Numbered from the stretch's first letter, positions 25,605 through 37,766 are shown. The stretch: DNA of 64,000 nucleotides from Nemertoderma westbladi (GCA_032718475.1 JAUCBJ010008852.1:28720-92719); one strand, 5' to 3'. Notes: generated by a model not told the origin, from the sequence alone. Made by a program: numbers and translations.

Positions 25605-26952
25605 TGGGTCGCCACCAGCTTCAGGTTGCATTCGGCTTTGGGTCGCCTCTGCCTTCAGGTCGCCGCAGGCTTCTGGTCGCATCAGGCATCGGGTCGCCTC
25701 CAGCATCGGGTTGCCTCAGGCTTTGGGTCGCCTCTGGCATCGCGTTGCCTCCAGCATCGGGTCGCCTCAGGCTTCTTCGGGTCGCCTCAGGCATCCGGTC
25801 GCCTGAAGCATTGAGTCGCCTCAGGCTTCGGGTCGCCTCAGGCATCGGGTCTCATCAGGCTTCAGGTCGCCTCCGGCTTTGTCTCGCCTCAGGCATCGGG
25901 TCGCCTCAGGCTTCGGGTCGCCTCAGGCTTTGGGTCGCCTCAGGCTTCAGGTCACCTCAGGCTTCGGGTCTTCTCAGGCATCGGGTCGCCTCAGGCATTG
26001 GGTCGCCTCAGGCTTTGGGTCGCCTCAGGCTTCGGGTCACCTCAGGCTTCGGGTCGCCTCAGGCATCGGGTCGCCTCAGGCATCGGGTCGCCTCAGGCTT
26101 CGGGTCGCCTCAGGCTTTGGGTCGCCTCAGGCTTCAGGTCACCTCAGGCTTCGGGTCTTCTCAGGCATCGGGTCGCCTCAGGCATTGGGTCGCCTCAGGC
26201 TTTGGGTCGCCTCAGGCTTCGGGTCACCTCAGGCTTCGGGTCGCCTCAGGCATCGGGTCGCCTCAGGCATCGGGTCGCCTCAGGCTTCGGGTCACCTCAG
26301 GCTTCGGGTCGCCTCAGGCATCGGGTCGCCTCAGGCATCGGGTCGCCTCAGGCTTCAGGTTGCCTCAGGCATTGGGTTGCCTCAGGCATCGGGTCGCCTC
26401 AGGCTTCGGGTTGCCTCAGGCATCGGGTCGCCTCAGGCTTCGGGTCGCCTCAGGCATCGGGTCGACTCAGGCTTCGGATCGCCTCAGGCATCGGGTCGCC
26501 TCAGGCTTCGGGTCGCCTCAGGCTTTGGGTCGCCTCAGGCTTTGGGTCGCCTCAGGCTTCAGGTCACCTCAGGCTTCGGGTCTTCTCAGGCATCGGGTCG
26601 CCTCAGGCATTGGGTCGCCTCAGGCTTTGGGTCGCCTCAGGCTTCGGGTCACCTCAGGCTTCGGGTCGCCTCAGGCATCGGGTCGCCTCAGGCATCGGGT
26701 CGCCTCAGGCTTCGGGTCACCTCAGGCTTCGGGTCGCCTCAGGCATCGGGTCGCCTCAGGCATCGGGTCGCCTCAGGCTTCAGGTTGCCTCAGGCATTGG
26801 GTTGCCTCAGGCATCGGGTCGCCTCAGGCTTCGGGTTGCCTCAGGCATCGGGTCGCCTCAGGCTTCGGGTCGCCTCAGGCATCGGGTCGACTCAGGCTTC
26901 GGATCGCCTCAGGCATCGGGTTGCGCCAGGCTTTGGGTCGCCTCAGGCATTG
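25605..26952. repeat. 17-bp GC-rich minisatellite GGGTCGCCTCAGGC(A/T)TC, left arm
   Basis: Tandem units read directly. Each unit contains the palindrome GCCTCAGGC. Confidence 0.97.
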
Positions 26953-27532
26953 AGGACCTTCGAATACGTAAGGGAAAGGCATGGGCAGCCTTGAATAAGC
27001 TTTCCAGGATTTGGAAGTCACCTAGAATTAATCGGAAACTTAAGATTATTCAGAGCAGCAGTAGTTCCAGTACTCCTCTACGGGAGTCAATGCTGGGCTC
27101 TAACTGCTGAGGACACCAAATCTCTGGATGGCACATTCACAAGAATGCTACGCCGGGTACATTGTGTCAAGTACAATGCACACATCTCCAACCAGACACT
27201 ATATAACATTGGAGGTGTCTCATTGGTTCCCCCAAGCTTGACACTAGAACAAAATCGCCTCCGCTTTGCAGGACATTGCTTTCGCCGTGAGGACCAGCCA
27301 GTGCATAATCTTGTACTTTGGCAGCCTCATGGAGTGAATAAGCATGGTGGACAGCCCATGACTTTCTTGAGACGCATCTTAAAGGACACTGGCCTTAAAG
27401 ATGCGGATGATCTAGCAAATGTCATGGGTGATAGGGAGTTGTGGCGGTGCAATTTTGTTGACAAGCCGGCACAGCATTCTTAAAAATGCAGCTGCAATGC
27501 AGCATGCCGATCCTAGTAGTAGTAGTAGTAGT
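26953..27532 (+). mobile_element. 5'-truncated RTE-clade LINE 3' end, copy 1, with (TAG)n tail
   Basis: Reads EDLRIRKGKAWAAL...RLRFAGHCFR...; nearly identical to 27894-28467. Has a 5-bp deletion frameshift near 27046. Confidence 0.9.
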
Positions 27533-28467
27533 GGTTGACTATGTTCTACGCATGTCCTTAGATCATTATAATGATGATGGGGTGATGATAACTCCACCTA
27601 CTGGCTCCAAAAGTCGAGGAAATCCTGCCAAGTACCTAACTGATCTAGACTTTGCTGATGACTTAGGAGTACTCTCAGAATCATTAGAGGGAGCCCAATG
27701 GCTCCTCAGCTCATTAGAACATGCTGCTTCTAGTGTTGGTCTTTTTATTAACTCCAGAAAGACCAAAATTCTGACAGTTAACTTTGAAAGTCCTCAGCAA
27801 GTCTCTGATCGGATGAGCATAAGGTCAAAGGATGGTATGCTTGAGCATGTGGACGACTTCTGTTACCTGGGATCATGGATCCGGAAGTCAGGTGAGGACC
27901 TTCGAATACGCAAGGGAAAGGCATGGGCAGCCTTGAATAGGCTTTCCAGGATTTGGAAGTCACCGAGAATTAAACGGAAACTTAAGGTCCGATTATTTAG
28001 AGCAGCAGTAGTTCCAGTACACCTCTACGGGAGTCCATGCTGGGCTCTAACTGCTGAGGACACCAAATCTCTGGATGGCACATTCACAAGAATGCTACGC
28101 CGGGTTCATTGTGTCAAGTACAATGCCCACATCTCCAACGAGACACTATATAACATTGGAGGTGTCTCATTGGTTCCCCCAAGCTTGACACTAGAACAAA
28201 ATCGCCTCCGCTTTGCAGGACATTGCTTTCGCCGTGAGGACCAGCCAGTGCATAATCTTGTAATTTGGCAGCCTCATGGAGTGAATAAGCATGGAGGACA
28301 GCCCATGACTTTCTTGAGACGCATCTTAAAGGACACTGGCCTTAAAGATGCGGATGATCTAGCAAATGTCATGGGTGATAGGGAGTTGTGGCGGTGCAAT
28401 TTTGTTGACAAGCCGGCACAGCATTCTTAAAAATGCAGCTGCAATGCAGCATGCCGATCCTAGTAGT
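27533..28467 (+). mobile_element. 5'-truncated RTE-clade LINE, copy 2 (RT C-terminal half, LDFADD motif) with TAGTAGT tail
   Basis: ORF 27486-28430 contains DLDFADDL, GLFINSRKTK, FCYLGSWI and RLRFAGHC motifs typical of RTE-type RT. Confidence 0.92.
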
Positions 28468-30142
28468 GCCTCAGGCATTGGGTCGCCTCAGGCATCGGGT
28501 CACCTCAGGCTTCGGGTTGCCTCAGGCATCGGGTCACCTCAGGCTTCGGGTTGCCTCAGGCATCGGGTTGCCTCAGGCTTCGGGTCGTCTCAGGCATCGG
28601 GTCGCCTCAGGCATCGGGTCGCCTCAGGCTTCGGCTCTCCTCAGGCTTCGGGTCGCCTCGGGCATCGGGTCGAACCAGGCTTCGGGTCGCCTCTGCCTTC
28701 GGGTCGCCTCAGGCTTCGGGTCGCCTTAGGCTTCGGGTCGCCTCAGGCATCGGGTCGCCTCAGGCTTCGGCTCGCCTCAGGCTTCGGGTCGCCTCGGGCA
28801 TCGGGTCGAACCAGGGTTCGGGTCGCCTCTGCCTTCGGATTACCTCAGGCTTCGGGTCGCCTTAGGCTTCGGGTCGCCTCAGGCATCGGGTTGCCTCAGG
28901 CTTCGGGTCGCCTCTGCCCTTGGGTCGCCTCAGGGTTCGGGTCGCCTCAGGCTCCAGGTCGCCTCAGGCTTCGGCTCGCCTCAGGCTTCGGGTCGCCTCG
29001 GGCATCGGGTCGCCTCAGGCTTTGGGTCGCCTCTGCCTTCGAGTCGCCTCAGGCTTCGGGTTGCCTCAGGCTTCGGGTCGCCTCAGGCATCGGGTTGCCT
29101 CAGGCTTTGGGTCGCCTCTGCCTTCAGGTCGCCTCAGGCTTCGGGTTGCCTCAGGCATCGGGTCGCCCCAGGCTTCGGGTCGTCTCAGGCATCGGGTCGC
29201 CTCAGGCTTCGGGTCGCCTCAGGCATCGGGTCGCCTCAGGCTTCGGCTCGCTTCAGGCTTCGGGTCGCCTCGGGCATTGGGTCGAACCAGGCTTCGGGTC
29301 GCCTCTGCCTTCGGGTCGCCTCAGGCTTCGGGTCGCCTTAGGCTTCGGGTCACCTCAGGCATCGGGTTGCCTCAGGCTTCGGGTCGCTTCTGTCTTCGGG
29401 TTGCCTCAGGGTTCGGGTCGCCTCAGGCTTCGGGTCGCCTCGGGCATCGGGTTGCCTCAGGCTTCTGGTCGCCTCTGCCTTCGGGTCGCCTCAGGCTTCG
29501 GGTCGCCTCAGGCTTTGGGTTGCCTCAGGCATCGGGTTGCCTCAGGCTTCGGGTCGCCTCTGCCTTCAGGTCGCCTCAGGGTTCGGGTCGCCTCAGGCAT
29601 CGGGTCACCTCAGGCTTCGGGTCGCCTCAAGCATTGGGTGGCCTCAGGCTTCGGGTCGCCTCAGGCATCGGGTCGCCTCAGGCTTCGGGTCGCCTCTTCC
29701 TTCGGGTCACCTAAAGCTTTAGGTCGCCTCAGGCATCGGGTTGCCTCAGGCATCGGGTCGCCTCAGGCTTTGGGTTGCCTCAAGCTTCGGGTCGCCTCAG
29801 GCATCAGGTCGCCTCAGGCTTTGGGTTGCCTCAAGCTTCGGGTTGCCTCAGGCTTTGGGTCGCCTCAGGCTTCGGGTTTCCTCAGGCTTCGGGTCGCCTC
29901 AGGCTTCGGGTCGCCTCAGGCTTTGGGTCACCTCAGGCTTTGGGTCGCCTCAGGCTTCAGGTAGCCTCAGGCTTTGGGTCGCCTCTGGCTTTGGGTCGCC
30001 TCAGGCTTCAGGTCGTCTCAGGCTTTGGGTCGCCTCTGGCTTTGGGTTGCCTCTGGCTTCGGGTTGCCTCAGGCATCGGGTCGCCTCTGGCTTCGGGTCG
30101 CCTTAGGCATCGGGTCGCCTCCAGCTTCGGGTCGCCTCCAGC
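28468..30142. repeat. 17-bp minisatellite, right arm
   Basis: Same unit as 25605-26952; resumes immediately after the LINE tail. Confidence 0.97.
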
Positions 30143-30247
30143 TTTGGCCAACTGTTTGCTTTTGCAATCTTCCATAGAATAAGTTAGCCAAAAGTTAAAT
30201 TTGTGGAGTACTTTAAGCAACAATAATTATAAATAATTTACTTGCAG

Positions 30248-30392
30248 AAATGGTTGAGAGAAGGAGGAATAATTCATTGGGATTCGTTTATGCAAGCTTT
30301 GAAACATTTGGGTAGAAATCCAGTGACAATCTATTGCTCCATATATACAGCGTCTGTAAATGAAAGGTCTTATTACAAGCTCATCTATTCAG
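30248..30392 (+). CDS. Exon of VEGFR/PDGFR-like gene (rest of D2-like Ig domain)
   Basis: cttgcAG acceptor and G|GTATGA donor. KWLREGGIIHWDSFMQ...IYCSI resembles the VEGFR D2 'IIWDS' strand. Phase 0 in matches the previous exon. Confidence 0.78.
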
Positions 30393-30901
30393 GTATGAAT
30401 AAATATATTATTTATAAATTATTATAAATATATTTTGTTATAAACTAAATCATCTTAAATCCTCTCAAGATTCCTTGTAAAACTCATTTCTACACATCGT
30501 GTACATATCGTGTACAGTAGTTGATTCTCTTACCGCTAGTAGTGAGAGATAAAAGGTTGATCCTTGGCTTTGGCGGCATAAATAATTTATGTTGACAATT
30601 ACCCTAACTATTGCCGATAGTCCCGCTTGTTGAGTTAAAAAAGGGCCTTTCTGAAAGAATTGAATTGAGAGTATGACATTTTGAAAAAAAAAATACGTTT
30701 ATTGTTTTGATTAGAAAAGTCCATCAAAGTAATTTTACTTACAAATTATTTGTACTGGTAATACATTTTTTTTGCGAGGTGTAAATGAAACCCAAAAATC
30801 ATTCCCTATCATCCTTGCTTATCCCTTTGCTGCGGCAGCGAAAACCAACCACTATCAGGTTGTGGGGAATTAGCGCAACACGCATACACGTTCCAGGATT
30901 C

Positions 30902-30975
30902 TCTAAAGTGAAAACACCGAAATCTTTTTAACTGGCACATCACAGTTAAAAAGATTTTGGTGTTTTCACTTTAGA
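30902..30975. repeat. 33-bp inverted repeat with 8-nt loop (collapsed MITE or hairpin)
   Basis: TCTAAAGTGAAAACACCGAAATCTTTTTAACTG / CAGTTAAAAAGATTTTGGTGTTTTCACTTTAGA, with one G-T mismatch. Confidence 0.9.
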
Positions 30976-31019
30976 AAGACAGCCTCCAATCTTTCCGTCT
31001 ACTACTGTATACACGCGAT

Positions 31020-31220
31020 GCGCATTCGGGATACAATAGAACTTATCAATAAGCAGGTTGATGCCATTAACAATAGGCAATCAGCCCAGGCAGGACAAAC
31101 AGTAAACCTGCTCACTGGGAGGAAAAGCCAACCAACCAACCACCAAGGTTTAGACTAAATGCCTCAAAGGTTGGAAGGACCACTTTGAGAAGCTTCTAAA
31201 CATTGAAAGGCTTGCCTGAT
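31020..31220 (+). mobile_element. Degenerate LINE (RTE-like) EN-RT linker fragment
   Basis: Reads ...QTVNLLTGRK... and WKDHFEKLLN, a typical LINE linker motif, with frameshifts. Confidence 0.55.
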
Positions 31221-31527
31221 AACTTACTATAACTCTGATATTAATACGTAAACAAAATGTTCTAGATATGGTGTATCTATCAAATAGAATAATATAGCTT
31301 CGTGCAATTCAAAACCATGCAACTTTCCTTAAATAATGCTGAGATATGGGCATTCTTTCGAATGCCCTACCCTTATCTTAGCTATTTTCAAACGAAGCAC
31401 AGATTGTGTTTTATTTGGAATTCTTGCATGGTCGGCTATCCATTGCTACCAACAATTCACTGTAAGGTTGAAGACTAACTGCGGTGTATTCTGGCTCACC
31501 CAGAATAAACATATTTTTGTGTTACAG

Positions 31528-31691
31528 CAAACAGACTGACAGCCCAGCCACGTGCAACAGTAGACGAAGACATGCCATATCGTGTCAAAGGGGAATCCAT
31601 GACAATATCCTGCTCTGCAAAAGTTGAACAGTATACGGAGAGTGTGCAATGCTTATATTTGTTTTTCAACGGAAACCATCTCACCAAACGT
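31528..31691 (+). CDS. Exon of VEGFR/PDGFR-like gene (start of D3-like Ig domain); not in the ORF track
   Basis: gttacAG acceptor and CGT|GTTAGT donor. Translation ANRLTAQPRATVDEDMPYRVKGESMTISCSAKVEQYTESVQCLYLFFNGNHLTKR has the GESxTISC B-strand motif. Phase 1 in, phase 0 out. Confidence 0.85.
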
Positions 31692-31914
31692 GTTAGTTTA
31701 ATTAACACTAAATAGATTCACAATTTAAATCTAATTCATCAAAATGAATTTAGTAACATTGATCTGTTTTAGTAAGTAATACTGCCCAAAAATAAAAGGG
31801 AATAAAAAGTATAACAAATATAAAAATATAAAATAAAATAAAAAAGGGATTAAATAAATAATTTTCAAATGCATGCGAAAAAAACATGTTAGGAATGCGG
31901 GGATAGTAAATATT

Positions 31915-32490
31915 ACGACTTCCAGTACCCAGGATAATGGCTAGAGAGTAGCAAAAAGGACATAGAAGTTAGGAAAGCAAAGGCTTGGGTAGCTCTATCA
32001 AAAATGGATACCATCTGGAAATCAGATCTCTCCAGGCACCTGAAGACTAAGTTCTTTCGAGCCACAGTGGAAAGTGTATTTTTATACGGGGGTGAGACCT
32101 GGACACTGACTAAATCACTTGAACAACGAATTGATGGTTGCAACACAAGACTACTAAGGGCAGCCCTAAACATCAGCCTGAGACAACACATGACAAACGC
32201 CGAGCTTTATGGTACAATAACACCTGTATCAACCACCCTCCGTGAACGCAGATTAAGATTCAGTGGGCACTGCTGGCGAAGTAAAGACGAGGTCATACCA
32301 GATCTACTTTTCTGGCAACCAACTCATGGAAAGCGTAGTCATGGACGACCGGCCATAACATATAGAGATCAACTTGAAAGGGATACTGAACTTGGGAGAA
32401 ACGAAATTGCGACAACTATGGAGAATCGGGAAGCCTGGAAGGATCTCATTTCCACTGTCCGAGTTCGCTCGACCTAGTAGTAGTAGTAGA
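31915..32490 (+). mobile_element. 5'-truncated RTE-clade LINE 3' end (second family) with (TAG)n tail
   Basis: ORF 32004-32477 contains FLYGGETWTL, RRLRFSGHCWR and GRPAITY motifs; the tail TAGTAGTAGTAG overlaps the stop codon. Confidence 0.9.
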
Positions 32491-32826
32491 GTAAGTAGTG
32501 ATTTTTTCTTATTGGCTAGAGTAAGTAGCGTTTCATTCCCTGTAATAAAACTTTCACTTGTAAAAATTAAATATAATATGTCATTTTTTTAACATTATTT
32601 TTAATTTCATTAAATATTATAATAAGTATTATTTATCATAAATAATAATATTATAGAACAAATATTTAATTAATTAAATAAAAACTATGACAGGTGTAAC
32701 CATAGTAATGATTCGTTGACAATATCCGGAGTTGGATTGTTATCAAGGAAATGTTATTTAACATTTAAAATAAAATAAAATAAAAATTATTTCCAGTCTC
32801 TATTTCCCTTTCATATATTTCCATAG

Positions 32827-32995
32827 GAAACTCCAATAAGGTGGGACTCCTGGCCCGATCCCTCGCATACAACAACTCATGAGTCATGGCAACTCAACAC
32901 ATTAACAGCTGCTGATACTGGCGAATACAAATGTGTGTTAATGAACTGTTATACAGATGTAACTAAGAATGACTCCATCAATATCACTGTTTATG
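32827..32995 (+). CDS. Exon of VEGFR/PDGFR-like gene (end of D3-like Ig domain); not in the ORF track
   Basis: ccatAG acceptor and G|GTAAT donor. Translation ETPIRWDSWPDPSHTTTHESWQLNTLTAADTGEYKCVLMNCYTDVTKNDSINITVY has DTGEYKC. Phase 0 in, phase 1 out. Confidence 0.9.
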
Positions 32996-33305
32996 GTAAT
33001 TAATTAAATTATTTATTATTGTATTTAAATTATCTGAGGTTTCTAGACCAATTCTAGACCAAAGTTTCTAGACAATTTACTGTTTTGGTTAGAATTTTTA
33101 TACATATTGGGAGCTGTTTTTAAGAAATAATTCTGATATAATTTACTAATTTTCCAGGGCATTTAATATTAATGCGGAACAAGTAGTCAGAGCAGGTTAC
33201 AGGTGTAGGCTACATAAAGGATAACTTTATACGCCGCTTGTGAATATTGCGTGGGCTGACTATTAAATAATGTGAACAAACTGCAAATTGTAAAATGGGG
33301 TACTT

Positions 33306-33615
33306 AAAGTTGTGTGAATGCACTAAGTTGAGCAAGCTGAATATAAAGTTGAGTAAGCGGACAATAAAGTTGAGTAAGCGGACAATAAAGTTGTGTAAGA
33401 GGACAATAAAGTTGTGTAAGCGGACAATAAAGTTGTGTAAGTGAACTATAAAGTTGTGTAAGTGTACTATAAAGTTGTGTAAGTGAACTATAAGTTGTGT
33501 AAGTGAACTATAAGTTGTATAAGTGGACTATAAAGTTGTGTAAATGTACTATAAAGTTGTGTAAGTGAACTATAAGTTGTATAAGTGGACTATAAATTTG
33601 TGTGAACTATAAGTT
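33306..33615. repeat. 21/22-bp minisatellite AAGTTGTGTAAGTGGACTAT(A)A, left arm
   Basis: Tandem units that degenerate toward the left end. Confidence 0.93.
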
Positions 33616-36420
33616 CCGCGCGTCCGCATTGGCTACCAAGATTGAGGTATCGGCCATATTGTGCAGAATGGGTCGCCTTAGTGTCGATCTGCTTCCGCGA
33701 ACACACATTATTACTGAACGTAATAAAGCAAAGCTGATTTTGCGGCGAAGCCACTGAATTGCTTCATTGTAGCTGATCTCTCTCTTCACTGCTAACAAAT
33801 CAGCGAGACGTTTAGTGAAGATATGTGCACTCCAACCCATTCCTCCAGTAGCCGCTAGAATGAAGGGATAGAACGTTGACATTTCTACATCCCGAACTCT
33901 TTCTTCATATTGGGCCCTCTTTCGGTTCTCGTGATGGGTATAAGCTCTATCGACGCCCAAAGAGGAATTGGACGGTGCTAGGGGGTTAAATACAGAAACA
34001 TCAATCAACAGTTTCTCATAACGACCTCCCCAGAAACCACTGACAGATACATCTAACCGAGCACCCTCATCCCTTGTGGTTGTGGAGCGATGGAATGTTT
34101 CCCCAGTGATTGGTTGGAGTACAGGCTCGATTGAAATGTCATGAGCAACCTCGGTTAATGTGTTGGCGATGAAATCTCTGATTTCATTGTGACGGACTGA
34201 CGGAAATCCACCTGTGGGGCACGATAAAACGTGGTTTACTGTGAACCGCGCCCCACAGGCACATTCCGCTGGTGTCGCCTGCAACTGCCATCTGAACCTA
34301 AGCTGGATCGCATCCCTGAACTCTGACTTTGTGAGGTGATAGTTGTGCTGGGTTGATGGTCTGGTGTTGAGCCTTCTGTGAAGATAAGATTCGTAGTTGT
34401 TCCTGAACTGGGGATATTGCGACCTGTATACTTTGTATTTCTTCTGCGACCCTTATGTTTTGCTCCGATTTGATAGCTTTGGATGCTTCTTTCTGTTTTT
34501 CCCTGACATCGGCCATTGTATCTGTTGGAAGTCGCTCCATCAATGGCTCACTGATGGCTCTTGAGTTATTGTATTCCTTACTAAGATCTGATGGAATGGG
34601 TATGCCTAGTCCTCCCAATCTTGTTGGCAGCGCTATTAGTTTCTGTTCGGTTTCAGATAAGTTTACTCTGTTCCCCAGTTTCATTAGGAAAGTCTTAACT
34701 GCCTCGTCGAGTGGTGCCAATAGCAGCTCGATATTGGGGATTACCCGACAAATGAACCGCCACTTCGCAGAGAGTCCAAACGAAAGACAGGTAAATGCAC
34801 AATGCGGGTCAATGTCTGCGATCGGACTCAATCGCTCCACCTGTTGAACAAAAGACTCGACCTTATCAAGAACAAACTGCCGAATGGAATCGTCACTACC
34901 AACTGCACCGCCCAGGATCCTATGACCACCTGCAGATATCTGCACATTGGTTCCTGCAAACAGCATCCTCGCCTCTTCTAATAACTCGGGTTTTACTATT
35001 AACCAAGTTTTTGAGGCATTTGGAAAATACCCGTATTTAGGTCCCCATTCGACCAATTCTCCCCAATATTTTCTTAGTTGTTTTAGACGACTGCTAGCAT
35101 TGGCGTCATCAGCAAACCACTTCTGGGAAGTGGTGGTTACGGCGCCGAGACTATCAATGAGGGGAGTTATGCACAGTCCATATCCGGGCATTGCCACTGG
35201 ACATCCCTGAGTCATTCCTTCAGATGACATGATATATTCTCCATCTATAAACAATTTGGATGGTTTTTTATAGTAGTTAAGCATTGTCTTGTGCAAAGAG
35301 GGGCATATGTAATATATGTTATTTAGTGCAACATGTCTGTTCATTGCGTTAAATGCATTGGATGCATCGATCATCAATAGACCTTCACTGGTGTCAGACT
35401 TGAAATCATCCACCAAGCAGTGTATGGCAGCCTCAACCCCGGATTTTTGACCCAGACATAGCTGGTTTGTTCCCCCAATTTCCTGTAAATCACCTTGAAC
35501 ACAGTAAATAATTGCCTTTCCAACAATCCTTCTAACCACTTCACCAATCCCGATTGGCCTGACCCCTGGGCATTTGTCCAAAGCCAAGAGACGTGATGCT
35601 AAAAGAGGTTCAAGTGAGTCGTTTTCAAGCGACTCCTGCGCTACTCGTTTGGCCAACTGTGCTATGCTCATGCATAGTTCGGTGGACTGCCTGCGAAATT
35701 TCGTCATTATGTGCTTGTACCCATCTACGTCTAACCCCGAGGGACCTGCTGCAGAGCCGTGGATATTTAAGATAGATCTGAGGATAAGTTGTTCATCAAC
35801 TGCTTCAAAAATCACGTCATGATGGATTGGGGTATTTGGGCGAGGTTCCTGTAGTAACACTGAAACGTCGACTTCACCTGGGTTAGGATGCTTTTCCAAA
35901 ACTGCTGCACGTACAGGCTTCTTTGTCTCATTACCTAACGCGTCTGTCTCAATATAAGAGTCATTGATATTCAAAACCTTACCCCTTGAGTTTTCATCTA
36001 GTAGGCGAACGGCCGCTGAGGTGTTGCCGGTTAACATATAGCGAATGAAACGTCGACTTCACCTGGGTTAGGATGCTTTTCCAAAAGTGCTGCACGTACA
36101 GGCTTCTTTGTCTCATTACCTAACGCGTCTGTCTCAATATAAGAGTCATTGATATTCAAAACCTTACCCCTTGAGTTTTCATCTAGTAGGCGAACGGCCG
36201 CTGAGGTGTTGCCGGTTAACATATAGCGAATGAAAACCTTGTTTAGGTCTCCAGATCCAACTGTAGGGCGGGATTTATTTAGTTGGTGTTGAATAGCTCT
36301 ACCTTCTTTCAGAAACTCAGCAAAATCGGCTTGTTTCCATAGTAGCAGTCTTCGTTGTAGCACTAACCGGTGGGTATCTGTGGTAGAACTGCGGCAAGGC
36401 TTTTGGAGGAGGAGAGCAGG
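33607..36420 (-). mobile_element. 5'-truncated CRE-clade-like non-LTR retrotransposon (RT + CCHC + restriction-like endonuclease), frameshifted
   Basis: RT motifs GPSG, RPIGIGE, DASNAFN, QGCP and FADD. C-terminal CACG..H..SC, RHNEIRD, RLD, IDV and K..Y motifs of the RLE domain. A short deletion near 34373 and a 185-bp duplication disrupt the ORF. Confidence 0.88.
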
Positions 36421-36422
36421 AA

Positions 36423-37010
36423 AAAAGTTGTTATAAAAAGTTATAAGTTGTATAAGTGGACTATAAAGTTGTGTAAGTGGACTATAAAGTTGTAAAAGTG
36501 AATTATAAAGTTGTGTAAGTGGACTATAAAGTTGTGTAAGTGGACTATAAAGTTGTGTAAGTGGACTATAAGTTGTATAAGTGAACTATAAGTTGTATAA
36601 GTGGACTATAAAGTTGTGTAAGTGTACTATAAAGTTGTGTAAGTGGACTATAAAGTTGTGTAAGTGGACTATAAAGTTGTGTAAGTGGACTATAAAGTTG
36701 TGTAAGTGGACTATAAAGTTGTGTAAGTGGACTATAAAGTTGTGTAAGTGGACTATAAGTTGTATAAGTGAACTATAAGTTGTATAAGTGGACTATAAAG
36801 TTGTGTAAGTGGACTATAAAGTTGTGTAAGTGGACTATAAAGTTGTGTAAGTGTACTATAAAGTTGTGTAAGTGTACTATAAAGTTGTGTAAGTGGACTA
36901 TAAAGTTGTGTAAGTGTACTATAAAGTTGTGTAAGTAAACTATAAGTTGTATAAGTGGACTATAAAGTTGTGTAATTGGACTATAAAGTTAAGTGGACTA
37001 TAAAGTGTGT
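36423..37010. repeat. 21/22-bp minisatellite, right arm
   Basis: Same unit and orientation as 33306-33615. Confidence 0.95.
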
Positions 37011-37646
37011 GAGCGGAATATTACGTTGTGCAAGACGACTATAAAGAATATGCAAACAGGTTATGAAGGTGTGCAGAGTGATACTTACTTACTGCTCTTT
37101 GGGGCCGTTTCCATGGTTGCGGATAGGGATGATACATCGCCGCGCCCTAATTGTGATTTTAATTTGTCTGCTTATACGAGTGTTTATTACATTAGACGGG
37201 AGGCAGTTTGTTTGGTTGATGCAAGTCATTCTTGGTTTGCATCTTACAATCCCAATTGGAGTCTGTGTGATACATACTGGTTACGGCGGCGGCGACAGAA
37301 TCCATATACTGATAGGTCAGCCTCGGGCCCGCTCAGTATACGTGCAGGTTGGGGGTGCCGGCGGTACGCAAGTACACACCACCTTCATGCCATCTGGTCC
37401 GGGTATGGTCATTACGGTCTTGTGTTATAGAGAACGCTCAAGTTGACCACCACTGCTGTAATGCAGGACAAAGATGGGAGGGGGGGGGGGGGGGGCTCTG
37501 ATTTGTTTATCTTAATTGATTAATTGCGGGGTATTATCGAGTTATAATAATGTACTTAACATATTATATTCAAATGAAATTTAATTTAAAATCATTAAAT
37601 AAATTTATAAAATCTAAAATTACTATGTATGTTTCGTCCCCACTAG

Positions 37647-37766
37647 ATAGAGGCTTCGCAAATATAACCTGCAATGGCGACGTATTTGTTAAAGACTATG
37701 GAAAAGAAGGAATTATTAAATGTTATTACTCCGGTTACCCGTCACCAATAGTGGAAATATATAAAG
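37647..37766 (+). CDS. Exon of VEGFR/PDGFR-like gene (start of D4-like Ig domain)
   Basis: cactAG acceptor and G|GTCAGT donor. DRGFANITCNGDVFVKDYGKEGIIKCYYSGYPSPIVEIYK resembles the VEGFR D4 'GYPxPxIxWYK' motif. Phase 1 in matches the previous exon. Confidence 0.85.

Noticed and set aside
25575-30182. ASGRLRLRV-type repetitive ORFs
   Set aside because: Translations of the 17-bp minisatellite.
36993-37455. ORFs 36993-37446 and a hAT-like end GTTGACCACCACTG
   Set aside because: No protein motif, and I could not find a partner TIR or TSD.
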